A stretch of DNA of 17,290 nt from Arcobacteraceae bacterium (GTDB taxonomy: Bacteria; Campylobacterota; Campylobacteria; Campylobacterales; Arcobacteraceae): contig JBLWVX010000044.1 of NCBI GenBank assembly GCA_048268245.1, positions 1-17,290 of the forward strand, written 5' to 3'. Every line of letters begins with the position of its first letter. Position 1 is the stretch's first letter. Of the stretch, positions 8,055 to 16,264 are shown in pieces. The notes under the pieces were generated by a model. It searched no databases, was not told the DNA's origin, and was given only the letters and a program-made list of their open reading frames with translations. The translations under genes and the position numbers were made by a program.

Positions 8055-9241
8055 TTTTTATCTCTGTATTTATCTTTTAAAACAATCTTATTATGATTAG
8101 TTCCATACTTAGGAATTGAATTTAAAAAATTATGTGCTTTTTCTGCACCATTAGACACATATGTAAACTCTGTAGTTTGAAGCTCTTTAATAATTTGTTT
8201 AGCTTTTGAGTAAGATACTGTGTCACAGTCCATATCTGTATATTCTATATATATACTATCACTTATTTCAATATGTCTTATATCTCTTTTTGTTTCTTCT
8301 TTAACTGGTTGATCCAGGTTCTTTGATTCTTCATATTGTTCTTTAAATGATTTAGGTTTTTCATGAGTTAAATTTTTTAAATCTTCTAATTCTTTTTTTA
8401 ATTGTTCATTTTCTTCTTTTAACTTTTTATTTTCATTTTGAAGTTTTACTATCTCATCAATATCTTCTATAGGAACTATTGAACCAGTACCAATCTGAAT
8501 AAATGTTTTATTTAACATATCATCTTTTATTATCTTAACTTCTTTATCATTTTTGTTAATTTCTTCTTTATGCTCATCAGGTTTTGTATTAAAGTTTGAA
8601 ACTTTTTCTTCTTTTTTTCCCGCGGGAAAATTTTGTTTATAATCTTTTATTTCATCTCTTGTAATTTCTTCATTTACATATTTATCATAGATTTCACATT
8701 GTAAATCTGTATCTTTAATTCTTCCTATTTCTTCAAGAACTGAAAGAGGAACAGTTAATCTATCAGCTTCTAAAAGTGTTACGATAGATGGGTCTAATCT
8801 TAAAGAAGAAAAACATTTAGAAATAAAAGTTTGTGATTCGCCTATAGCTCTTGCTAAATGTTCTTTTTTCTTATATCTTCCAGAGTTCCACATTTCGCCT
8901 ATTTTTTTCGCATACTCAAATGGTGTTAAATCTTGTCTTTGTCTTGCTTTTACAAGAGAAATTTCATCTATTTGAGCTTCATCAAAATCAAATATTTGTA
9001 TTTTAATTGTTGTATGATTTAATTTATTACAAGCTTTAAATCTTCTCTCACCATCTACAATCATATAACCCTTATGAAATTTAACAACTGCAACAGGTTC
9101 TAATAATCCATGTATCTTAATAGAACTTGCAAGCTCATCTAAATTATTAAAAGTTTTTCTTGGTTGATTTTCATTTGGATATACTGTTTTGATATCCACC
9201 TCTAAAAAGTCTTGTAATTGTGTATCCATTAATTTATTCAT
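8051..9241 (-). CDS. ParB/Spo0J-family protein (CTPase domain + HTH) with long C-terminal extension
   Basis: PNENQPRKTF, LASSIKIHGLLEPV and IVDGERRFKA (GxRR motif); HTH KEHLARAIGESQTFISK; C-terminal coiled coil LQNENKKLKEENEQLKKELEDLK. Confidence 0.9.
   Translation of the reverse strand: MNKLMDTQLQDFLEVDIKTVYPNENQPRKTFNNLDELASSIKIHGLLEPVAVVKFHKGYMIVDGERRFKACNKLNHTTIKIQIFDFDEAQIDEISLVKARQRQDLTPFEYAKKIGEMWNSGRYKKKEHLARAIGESQTFISKCFSSLRLDPSIVTLLEADRLTVPLSVLEEIGRIKDTDLQCEIYDKYVNEEITRDEIKDYKQNFPAGKKEEKVSNFNTKPDEHKEEINKNDKEVKIIKDDMLNKTFIQIGTGSIVPIEDIDEIVKLQNENKKLKEENEQLKKELEDLKNLTHEKPKSFKEQYEESKNLDQPVKEETKRDIRHIEISDSIYIEYTDMDCDTVSYSKAKQIIKELQTTEFTYVSNGAEKAHNFLNSIPKYGTNHNKIVLKDKYRDKK
8615..8630. 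promoter_or_regulatory. perfect 16-bp palindrome, candidate parS-type ParB loading site
   Basis: TTTTCCCGCGGGAAAA, GC-rich core in very AT-rich DNA, inside the ParB gene (codons F205-K209); similar in form to parS (TGTTTCACGTGAAACA) and the Noc site (TATTTCCCGGGAAATA). Confidence 0.65.
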
Positions 9242-9243
9242 AA

Positions 9244-9477
9244 TTAACCCCTTTTATTAAATTTATTAACATACTGCTCAAATCTAGTTTTTAGATGTTC
9301 TTTTGCTTCATCTATAGATTTAAAACTTTGAAATCTTGTTTCTTTAAATGTGTAATCAAAAAATACAAATGTTGCATTTTGAGAAAGTCTTATTTTTCTT
9401 ATTTGAAAAACTATTTTGTCTTTTAAAATATAGTAGATTGTAGTTTCATCATTTTTTAGTGTTAGTACATTTAGCAT
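9244..9477 (-). CDS. hypothetical phage protein (77 aa)
   Basis: Fills the gap between rep and the ParB gene with 1-2 nt spacing; its 3' end carries the AAGGGG RBS of the ParB gene. Confidence 0.7.
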   Translation of the reverse strand: MLNVLTLKNDETTIYYILKDKIVFQIRKIRLSQNATFVFFDYTFKETRFQSFKSIDEAKEHLKTRFEQYVNKFNKRG

Positions 9478-9478
9478 A

Positions 9479-10786
9479 TTAAAATCCTAATTGTGAAGCT
9501 GTTTTAACTACATTCATTGTTTTAAACTCACCAGTATCTATGTCTATATATTCTTCCTCTACTGTATATAATTCATCACTAGTTAAAGGCTGTATTTCTA
9601 CAGTAGTTAAGAGATCTCTTTTAATCATTTCATTTTGAGTAACTAGATAGTGCTTATTATCAATTACATTAGTATCTAAGCTAGTTAGTTCTCTATAATA
9701 TCTTTGAAGTTGGTAATCATTTAATTTTGATGGAATTACTGGAACTAACATGAATCTATTTTGGCTATCATTGAAAGTATATTTTTCAAACTCACTTACA
9801 TAAACTTGTAGAGCTGTTTTATAATCTTCTTTTTTATATGCTAGTTTGAAAGTATCATTTTTCTTAATTCTACTATAGATAATTGAGTCAGTATTTTTAG
9901 CCCATGATATAACTTCATCTACTGTATCATTCTCAATATCGTACTTCATGTACATATGCATATTACCATCAAATAAAGTTTGAATTTGATTCTTTTCCCA
10001 CATTTTAGAAGCTTCTAAAAGTGAAGTATTAGAGGGTAGTGAGTGTCTTACTTTTCTATAAACACCTAGTGTAATTGAAAGACTTCTTGATGTTAAAAAT
10101 CTTCTAACTTTGTTTTTAATATACCAGTATGAAGCGTATTGTAAAGAGTTATCATTCTCATTTTTGAAAGTTTTTGTGATGTATTTCATGATATATGCAA
10201 CAGCACCACCTGCTGACTTATACCATGTGTATCTAAAGTCTAAAGACTTTTTATTGTTTCCCCATCTTACTTTGTTTGTAAAGTATTCATAAAACTTATT
10301 TTTTACTTCTAAGATATAATCTTTTGGTAAGAATAGCATAGCGTGCATATGTGGAACACCGCTTTTATGAGGTTCATATACTCTAAAATATATTAATCCC
10401 TTTCCATATTCTTTTTTCATTTTTCTAAATACATTTAATCCAGTAAATCTATTCCAAATCTGTGTCATATCTTTTGCAGTTTGATTAGGCTTAATTAGTA
10501 AGTTACCTTTAGAGTCCGTTTTATGATACTTTGCAGGAGCTGTAAAAGTTAAAAATACTGGTTTTAAATTCATTTCTTTTGCTAAGTCAAAAATAGAGTT
10601 AATTCTATTATTCATTTCTGCAAAATATCTTTTAGGATTTATTACAGCAGAGTGTATAAAGTCTAAAGCATCTTTATTTTCATTTTCAAACTCAAAGTTT
10701 GAAAGATTGTTTTTTATCCAGTCTTTTTGAAACTGTATCTTTTCATCTATATATTTGATATCATATTTGCTTAATCCGTATTTCAT
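9479..10786 (-). CDS. rolling-circle replication initiator (HUH endonuclease, two-tyrosine phiX174 A / P2 A type)
   Basis: Motif 1 FLTFTAP, motif 2 EPHKSGVPHMHAM, motif 3 AVAYIMKYITK; AAGGGG RBS upstream. Confidence 0.9.
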   Translation of the reverse strand: MKYGLSKYDIKYIDEKIQFQKDWIKNNLSNFEFENENKDALDFIHSAVINPKRYFAEMNNRINSIFDLAKEMNLKPVFLTFTAPAKYHKTDSKGNLLIKPNQTAKDMTQIWNRFTGLNVFRKMKKEYGKGLIYFRVYEPHKSGVPHMHAMLFLPKDYILEVKNKFYEYFTNKVRWGNNKKSLDFRYTWYKSAGGAVAYIMKYITKTFKNENDNSLQYASYWYIKNKVRRFLTSRSLSITLGVYRKVRHSLPSNTSLLEASKMWEKNQIQTLFDGNMHMYMKYDIENDTVDEVISWAKNTDSIIYSRIKKNDTFKLAYKKEDYKTALQVYVSEFEKYTFNDSQNRFMLVPVIPSKLNDYQLQRYYRELTSLDTNVIDNKHYLVTQNEMIKRDLLTTVEIQPLTSDELYTVEEEYIDIDTGEFKTMNVVKTASQLGF

Positions 10787-10835
10787 TTATTACCCCTTTA
10801 AAATCTATTACATAACTATTATAAAAGTAATCAAG

Positions 10836-10894
10836 GGGAGCGACTCAAACAGACAAGCTGTTTGCTTTCGCTCCCTCTGGGGCGCGGTGCGCCC
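10836..10894. other. GC-rich double hairpin, candidate double-strand replication origin
   Basis: gggagcga(10836-43)/tcgctccc(10868-75) encloses caaacag(10846-52)/ctgtttg(10858-64); then gggcgc-ggt-gcgccc (10880-94); lies directly upstream of rep. Confidence 0.6.
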
Positions 10895-10912
10895 ACTTTT
10901 ATCCCCTATTAA

Positions 10913-11092
10913 CTATTTGAATAAGAAAGGTGCTTTAATAACAAGTTCACCCATTCTTAATCTAATTTTTTTCATTCTTTTTAAATCTTCTTTTGATTTA
11001 TTAGATTTACTTTCCAATTGTTTGTATTCTTTTAATAAAGTCTCTTTTTCAATAAATAAAATAAAAAGATTTGTTAATGTATTTGTTTTCAT
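10913..11092 (-). CDS. hypothetical basic 59-aa protein (not in ORF track)
   Basis: Hand translation MKTNTLTNLFILFIEKETLLKEYKQLESKSNKSKEDLKRMKKIRLRMGELVIKAPFLFK*; AAGGA RBS; ATGA overlap with the upstream ORF. Confidence 0.7.
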   Translation of the reverse strand: MKTNTLTNLFILFIEKETLLKEYKQLESKSNKSKEDLKRMKKIRLRMGELVIKAPFLFK

Positions 11093-11421
11093 AAATAAAG
11101 TCCTTTATAATCTTCAAATTTGAAGATGAACTTATTAAAGTAGTTTATTCTAGAATGCAAATCTTGATTAAATTCTTGTGTAAAGACATAAAAATTATCA
11201 TTTATTTGTTCACTCATTCTTTGCATATTTAAATACTCATTTTTAATATCTTCAAAGAACTCTTCATCTGTTCTTGGGTCATTTTGTGCTTCTTTTACAA
11301 TTTGTCTTACTGCTACAGTTGATAATAGTAATCCTGCAAAAGGTAATAAAGGTGTTGGAATATCAACTGAACTAATCAGATTATGAGCTGAACCTATATA
11401 GTTTTTAATTTTTTTTATCAT
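11089..11421 (-). CDS. hypothetical 110-aa phage protein with one hydrophobic segment
   Basis: AAAGGA RBS, co-oriented directly after the secretin gene; hydrophobic LLPFAGLLLSTVAV. Confidence 0.7.
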   Translation of the reverse strand: MIKKIKNYIGSAHNLISSVDIPTPLLPFAGLLLSTVAVRQIVKEAQNDPRTDEEFFEDIKNEYLNMQRMSEQINDNFYVFTQEFNQDLHSRINYFNKFIFKFEDYKGLYL

Positions 11422-11433
11422 GTTATATCCTTT

Positions 11434-12669
11434 CTAATCACAAAAGTTTAAATACTTACAAGTATCAAACTCTCTTAAAATTAACGATTCATTCTTATTA
11501 TTGAAATTATCTAATACATTAAAATCTATAATCTCAATAAGCACAGTTGTTGTAGTTGTTTTATCATCTAGTTTTTTAGATTTAAAAAAATTTCCTATTA
11601 CTGGTATTGATGAAAGTAAAGGTACATTTTTATAAGTTTCAATTTTTGAATTGTTATTGATACCTGATAATAAAAAGTATCTTTTATCTTTATCTAGTGT
11701 AATATCTTGTTTGATTGTTTTCTTTGTAGTAATTGGAAGATTGTTATCATTACTTAGTAATTGTGAGTACACAAAATCTAAATCTAAATTTACTAAATCA
11801 TTTAGTATTTTTGGTTTTATATTTAGTCTTAATCCAACATCTTTATATTCAAATGAATTTACTTCTTTAGTTTTAGTATCTTCTATTTGATTACTAGTTG
11901 TTAAGTATGGTATGTTTTGAGAACTATCTAAGATAAAATCTTTATTATGTTCTAGATTTATTATTGTAGTTGTAAGATTAGTAGTAAAAGAGTTTGTATC
12001 TAAAAACTTTATTACACTATTTACATTATCATAGTCAGCTTTATTACTGATATTTATTGCAGAACCTAAAAATATATCAAATACAGCTTTTTGTCCTTTA
12101 TTTAAATTTAAATCTATTAGACTTTCATGCTCTTTTAAATCATTTAAATTTGTTTCAAAAATTGAAAGTTTTATTTTCATCTTATTTGGAAGAACATCTA
12201 AAAGCTCTATATTTCTTTTTATTTGTGTATATTTTTCATAAGTGCTATCTATTGCTAACTTATTTGCTTGTTTTAAATATGTATAATCAACTTTATAAAG
12301 TTTACAAATAGAGTCAATATCTTTATAGTTTAAAAAGTTCAAATGGATATATCGAACCTTAGTTTTTTTCTCTTTTTCTTCATGCTCTACAGTATCTATT
12401 TTATTTATATAGTAAATACCATTTTTAATACTAATATCATAATCATTAGCTTTTAGAACTGTAGTTAAAAATTTATAATTGTTTTGAGTTGGTTTATAAA
12501 ATACTGTAATATCTTTCATCATCTTATCATTGATTACAAAAGGCTTATCAATATTTGATAGTACATCAACTGTAAAAAGTTTTAAATTTGTTTCTAAGTA
12601 GTTAAAATCATTTGCTTGTAAAGCTGTCAGTAACGCTAGTGAACAAATCGTTTTCTTCATTGTTTTCAT
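11434..12669 (-). CDS. secretin (pIV/GspD-like) phage extrusion channel
   Basis: Signal peptide, YKDVGLRLNIKPKI and VPLLSSIPVIGNFFKS secretin signatures. Start moved from TTG 12687 to ATG 12669, which follows an AAGGGG RBS. Confidence 0.9.
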   Translation of the reverse strand: MKTMKKTICSLALLTALQANDFNYLETNLKLFTVDVLSNIDKPFVINDKMMKDITVFYKPTQNNYKFLTTVLKANDYDISIKNGIYYINKIDTVEHEEKEKKTKVRYIHLNFLNYKDIDSICKLYKVDYTYLKQANKLAIDSTYEKYTQIKRNIELLDVLPNKMKIKLSIFETNLNDLKEHESLIDLNLNKGQKAVFDIFLGSAINISNKADYDNVNSVIKFLDTNSFTTNLTTTIINLEHNKDFILDSSQNIPYLTTSNQIEDTKTKEVNSFEYKDVGLRLNIKPKILNDLVNLDLDFVYSQLLSNDNNLPITTKKTIKQDITLDKDKRYFLLSGINNNSKIETYKNVPLLSSIPVIGNFFKSKKLDDKTTTTTVLIEIIDFNVLDNFNNKNESLILREFDTCKYLNFCD

Positions 12670-13678
12670 TTTTACCCCTTTCTTCAAATAAATTAAATTT
12701 ATCTATTGTTTTTATTGCATACTTGTTATTTACTACTTTTAAAAACTTTGTTTCATATTCATTATTTAAGATATAAAATAAGTAAGATTTTTCATATACA
12801 TTCCCATTTATAAAGCAAAGGTTTTTATTACAAATCATTTCAAAGTATTGTGAGTCTTTAAAATCTTTAGTTGGTGTTGTTGCTGCTCTTTTAGGAATGA
12901 TTGAATTAGATTGATTTTTGTTGTTATCATTTACAACATTTTCAGGTTCAGAAGAAAAAGATTTAATAAAAAAATATCCTCCAATAATAAGAAATGCAAA
13001 GATACCAAGTGATATAAGTAAATAGTGAAGTACTAGTGATTTTTGAGTATTGTTATCACCTGAATGATAAAGTTTAAAAGACTCTTTGATAATTGGTATC
13101 TTTTTAGTATCAGCTTGTTGAGTTTTAAACATTTGATAGCCAATAAATTTATTATAAATCATACTAGTATTAAAAAGTTTTCTTGATGCTGGTCTTGCCT
13201 TATAGAAGAACTCAGTAAATACTTTATAGTTTTTGTGAACTAAAGGAATATCTTGAGTAATTAAAATAATATCTTGATAAAAGTGTCTATGATAGGATAA
13301 CCACCATTCTAAAGTATCATCATGTTTTTTTAAGTAATCTTGGCACTCATCAATTACAATAAGTGTATTTACAAATTTAGTATCTGTAATTTTATCTACT
13401 TCTTCTATTAATTCATTATCTGTAAAACCTCTTTTTTTACACATATGTAAGTGTTTAAGAATTTTTTTGAATTCATCAAAATCAAATTGATAAGTATTTT
13501 CAAATTTATCAAATTTAAATTCATTTAAATTAGTTAAGCAAGCTTTATATTGAGTTTTTGAAATTGCATATTTTTTATATTTTGAATATTTTCTATTTCT
13601 AAGAAAATTAACAATAATATAAAAAACACCATAATAACTTTTTCCACTACCTGGTATACCAGTAACAAACTGTATCAT
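12608..13678 (-). CDS. Zot-like / pI morphogenesis ATPase
   Basis: Walker A GIPGSGKS at the N-terminus, Walker B LIVIDECQ, HRH and ILITQ motifs, single TM helix then periplasmic tail; overlaps the secretin gene. Confidence 0.93.
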   Translation of the reverse strand: MIQFVTGIPGSGKSYYGVFYIIVNFLRNRKYSKYKKYAISKTQYKACLTNLNEFKFDKFENTYQFDFDEFKKILKHLHMCKKRGFTDNELIEEVDKITDTKFVNTLIVIDECQDYLKKHDDTLEWWLSYHRHFYQDIILITQDIPLVHKNYKVFTEFFYKARPASRKLFNTSMIYNKFIGYQMFKTQQADTKKIPIIKESFKLYHSGDNNTQKSLVLHYLLISLGIFAFLIIGGYFFIKSFSSEPENVVNDNNKNQSNSIIPKRAATTPTKDFKDSQYFEMICNKNLCFINGNVYEKSYLFYILNNEYETKFLKVVNNKYAIKTIDKFNLFEERGKNENNEENDLFTSVTDSFTSK

Positions 13679-14085
13679 TTTGTAAGCCTTGCAAAATCAA
13701 CAATAGAGTTAGTAATGTAAAAATATACAGATATTAAAAATCTTGCACCAACTGCAGTTAAATATGTAATTAAAATCATTACTAAAGAAGGACCCACTAG
13801 ATTCCAAGCATCAATAATTCCTATGTTATAAGCTATAGCACTAAATACTATAGTTACACAGTCATTAACTCCACCGGCAGTACCATTAGCTAAACTTTCA
13901 ATGATATTTATAATATTTTTAATTGATTCATACATAGTAAAAGTTACAGTAAGCATTGTAGTTACAAAAGAAATTACCATACCAAAAAGTAAAGCTCTAG
14001 CAGTTAAAAATAAAATACCTAAAGCAATATCTTTACCAAACTTACCTACTAAAAAAGTTCCTACTGTTGCTACTGGATTAATCAT
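13675..14085 (-). CDS. pVI-like minor coat membrane protein
   Basis: 136 aa, largely hydrophobic, between pIII-like and pI genes, ATGA overlap with pI. Confidence 0.7.
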   Translation of the reverse strand: MINPVATVGTFLVGKFGKDIALGILFLTARALLFGMVISFVTTMLTVTFTMYESIKNIINIIESLANGTAGGVNDCVTIVFSAIAYNIGIIDAWNLVGPSLVMILITYLTAVGARFLISVYFYITNSIVDFARLTK

Positions 14086-14097
14086 TTAAAAACTCCC

Positions 14098-15768
14098 TTA
14101 AAATAATCTATTTGCTAAAGATATAACTTGAACTGAAATTTGCCATAAAGCAATCATTAAAATAATTTGAAAAAACAAAACAACAATTGGTTTTAATGTA
14201 GACATTGGTGTAACAAAATCAAAAGAAACTTTACTACCAAATATATCAAGAGATAAACACTCTTCTAAATTTGGATTTTTAGAATATGAAATAGGTGTAA
14301 ACTCTAAACCACCTTCAAAAATTTGTTTATAATCATTTACTTGTGTTTCAAGTTGATTAAATGAAGATTCCATATCACTAAATAATGTTGTAAAATCTGT
14401 ATTTATCTTGTCAAACTTAGTATTTAAATCATTTAATTTTTCTTCATCAGCAGTATTTAAAGAGTTCTTTATATCTTCTAAAGTTTGATTTGTAGTATCT
14501 AATTTACTATCTATACTTTGAGTATTGTTATTTATAGATGTAGCAGTACTATTTAAGCTATCCAAAGAGCTTTCAAGATTACTATTATCATTAATTGGTT
14601 GTTCTACTTCTTGGGGTGGTATTGGGTCAGGATTAGTAGTATCACATAAACTAGTATCATCATCATAAATATCAGCAATTCCATCTAAATCACAATCTTC
14701 ATGACAAATAGGTGAACCAGTTAAATCTGTACCAGTTTCAATAGTACCTATAGGACATTCAAAACCTTTTACACAACCATTGTCACCACTTGTATAATTA
14801 ACTTCATCACAACCTCTATCACATGTAAAAGTAGTATCAGTACATTTTAAACTAGGAGCGCCGTCACCACAATCACTAACATAATAATCTAATTCACATG
14901 GTCTATCAGTTGTACCAGTTCCAGTACCGTCATCAGGATTTGAAGTATCACCACCTCCACCAGTACTAGTACCAGTTCCACCTTGTGCAGGAGTTCTTGT
15001 ATCTTGATTTATAGTGCCATCTGGATAATATGATACATAAGTACCATCACTATAGTCAGTTCTTGAACTTCCATCTAAATTAGTAGTAGTAACAGAACCG
15101 TCAGCATTAACTACTATACTATCAACAATAGTTGGGTCAATAGGCATAGTATTAGTATCAGGGTTTCCATCACTACTATAATCTATATGACAAATGGGAT
15201 TACCAAATAAATCTGTACCAGTTTGCACAGTTCCTGCAGGACAAGTAATTTGTGGTTGTGAAACTGGTAAACAAAATTGTTCACCCTCTACTGTTCCAAG
15301 TTCAAAACCTTCACCACATAAAGGAATACCATCAGGGTCAAAACCAGTTGTCCCCTCGCCTAAATCGGTACATACACCATATCTATAATCTTGATTAGAA
15401 GAACAAGAACATGTATATCTTCCATCTAATCCAACTGTACATGTTTCATTTGTATCAGGATTTACATAACTAGGTGGTTCAGGCTCAACATGTCCATCAT
15501 CGATAGGATGACAAGATGTGTAAACTGTAGAATAAGAAAGTCTAAATTTCCAATAACCATCAGCAGAACTATAAGAACATGAACCGACAGCATATTTTGA
15601 ATTTGAAGTATATGTTTCTCTATTAGAATTACAATGCGATTCACTTGTTCCAGACTTATAGACAACAGTAGTATAATATCTATCAACTTTAAGTTCTTCA
15701 CCCTCAATACAAGTAGCAAAAGAAAATGTATTTATAAATAATATTAAAAATATTGATTTTTTTAGCAT
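14098..15768 (-). CDS. pIII-like adsorption protein
   Basis: Signal peptide, Cys-rich domains, Gly/Thr/Asp linker, coiled-coil region, C-terminal TM anchor; sits before pVI and pI. Confidence 0.85.
   Translation of the reverse strand: MLKKSIFLILFINTFSFATCIEGEELKVDRYYTTVVYKSGTSESHCNSNRETYTSNSKYAVGSCSYSSADGYWKFRLSYSTVYTSCHPIDDGHVEPEPPSYVNPDTNETCTVGLDGRYTCSCSSNQDYRYGVCTDLGEGTTGFDPDGIPLCGEGFELGTVEGEQFCLPVSQPQITCPAGTVQTGTDLFGNPICHIDYSSDGNPDTNTMPIDPTIVDSIVVNADGSVTTTNLDGSSRTDYSDGTYVSYYPDGTINQDTRTPAQGGTGTSTGGGGDTSNPDDGTGTGTTDRPCELDYYVSDCGDGAPSLKCTDTTFTCDRGCDEVNYTSGDNGCVKGFECPIGTIETGTDLTGSPICHEDCDLDGIADIYDDDTSLCDTTNPDPIPPQEVEQPINDNSNLESSLDSLNSTATSINNNTQSIDSKLDTTNQTLEDIKNSLNTADEEKLNDLNTKFDKINTDFTTLFSDMESSFNQLETQVNDYKQIFEGGLEFTPISYSKNPNLEECLSLDIFGSKVSFDFVTPMSTLKPIVVLFFQIILMIALWQISVQVISLANRLF
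14695..15243 (-). repeat. duplicated 21-aa Cys module within pIII (copies at 15181-15243 and 14695-14757)
   Basis: CPAGTVQTGTDLFGNPICHID vs CPIGTIETGTDLTGSPICHED, 15/21 identical; share the 17-nt string taaatctgtaccagttt. Confidence 0.85.
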
Positions 15769-15777
15769 GATTCATTC

Positions 15778-15900
15778 CTAGCTTTTAGCTAAAGAAATAG
15801 CACCAAAAACTGGAACTAATATCAAAGATATATTAAAAAAAATACTAAAAAAGTAATCAAATACTACATCATTTGTAAGTTCTATTATGATTAAATTCAT
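15778..15900 (-). CDS. small membrane protein, pVII/pIX-like minor coat candidate (40 aa, not in ORF track)
   Basis: MNLIIIELTNDVVFDYFFSIFFNISLILVPVFGAISLAKS*; ATGA overlap with the upstream ORF; ends 9 nt before the pIII start. Confidence 0.75.
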   Translation of the reverse strand: MNLIIIELTNDVVFDYFFSIFFNISLILVPVFGAISLAKS

Positions 15901-16043
15901 TTCTTACCACCTATTGAAACTGCAAGATATACAGCAAAGAAAAGCCATGTAAAACCTATTAATGACCCAGTAAATGCCATCATGAAGTTATAATCTTGTA
16001 AGTTCATATTTAAATAATTTGCTATATCTTGACTTGAATTCAT
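15897..16043 (-). CDS. small membrane protein, pVII/pIX-like minor coat candidate (48 aa, not in ORF track)
   Basis: MNSSQDIANYLNMNLQDYNFMMAFTGSLIGFTWLFFAVYLAVSIGGKK*; AAGGGG RBS; single TM with basic C-terminus. Confidence 0.78.
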   Translation of the reverse strand: MNSSQDIANYLNMNLQDYNFMMAFTGSLIGFTWLFFAVYLAVSIGGKK

Positions 16044-16045
16044 TT

Positions 16046-16168
16046 TTAACCCCTTGCTACTGATATTGCTTTATTAATAGCCCATAGAATCGAACAATAA
16101 GCCAACAAAGAAGAAGAAATAATAAGCATATTTTCTTTTGAGATAAAAAAAGTTTCTAAAACTTCCAT
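16046..16168 (-). CDS. coat-protein-like small membrane protein (40 aa, not in ORF track)
   Basis: MEVLETFFISKENMLIISSSLLAYCSILWAINKAISVARG*; AAGG RBS; acidic N-terminus, TM helix, basic amphipathic C-terminus. Confidence 0.72.
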   Translation of the reverse strand: MEVLETFFISKENMLIISSSLLAYCSILWAINKAISVARG

Positions 16169-16205
16169 ATTTAAACCTTATTTTTTAAAACTTAAATATA
16201 AAAAT

Positions 16206-16253
16206 TTTATTAGAGTGAGGTTATTTAATTAGTTCTTTGCTCACTCTAATAAA
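16206..16253 (-). terminator. 14-bp perfect inverted repeat after the major coat gene (terminator or processing hairpin)
   Basis: tttattagagtgag (16206-19) / ctcactctaataaa (16240-53), 20-nt loop; same position as the central terminator after gene VIII in Ff phages. Confidence 0.6.
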
Positions 16254-16264
16254 TGAATTTATGA

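Noticed and set aside
10110..11123. Plus-strand ORFs 10110-10292 and 10755-11123
   Set aside because: Antisense to rep, the hairpin region and the better-supported 59-aa minus-strand gene; no RBS.
12608..13678. Zot as an enterotoxin / virulence island
   Set aside because: The motifs and context are those of the pI assembly ATPase; nothing in the sequence shows toxin activity.
14695..15243. pIII duplicated module as a diversity-generating retroelement TR/VR pair
   Set aside because: No reverse transcriptase in the window, both copies are in-frame coding, and differences are not confined to adenines.
11651..15719. ORFs 11651-11890, 12057-12311, 13901-14089, 15194-15388 (+) and 15462-15719 (-)
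   Set aside because: Lie within or almost wholly within secretin, pVI or pIII genes on the opposite strand or in another frame; no independent support.
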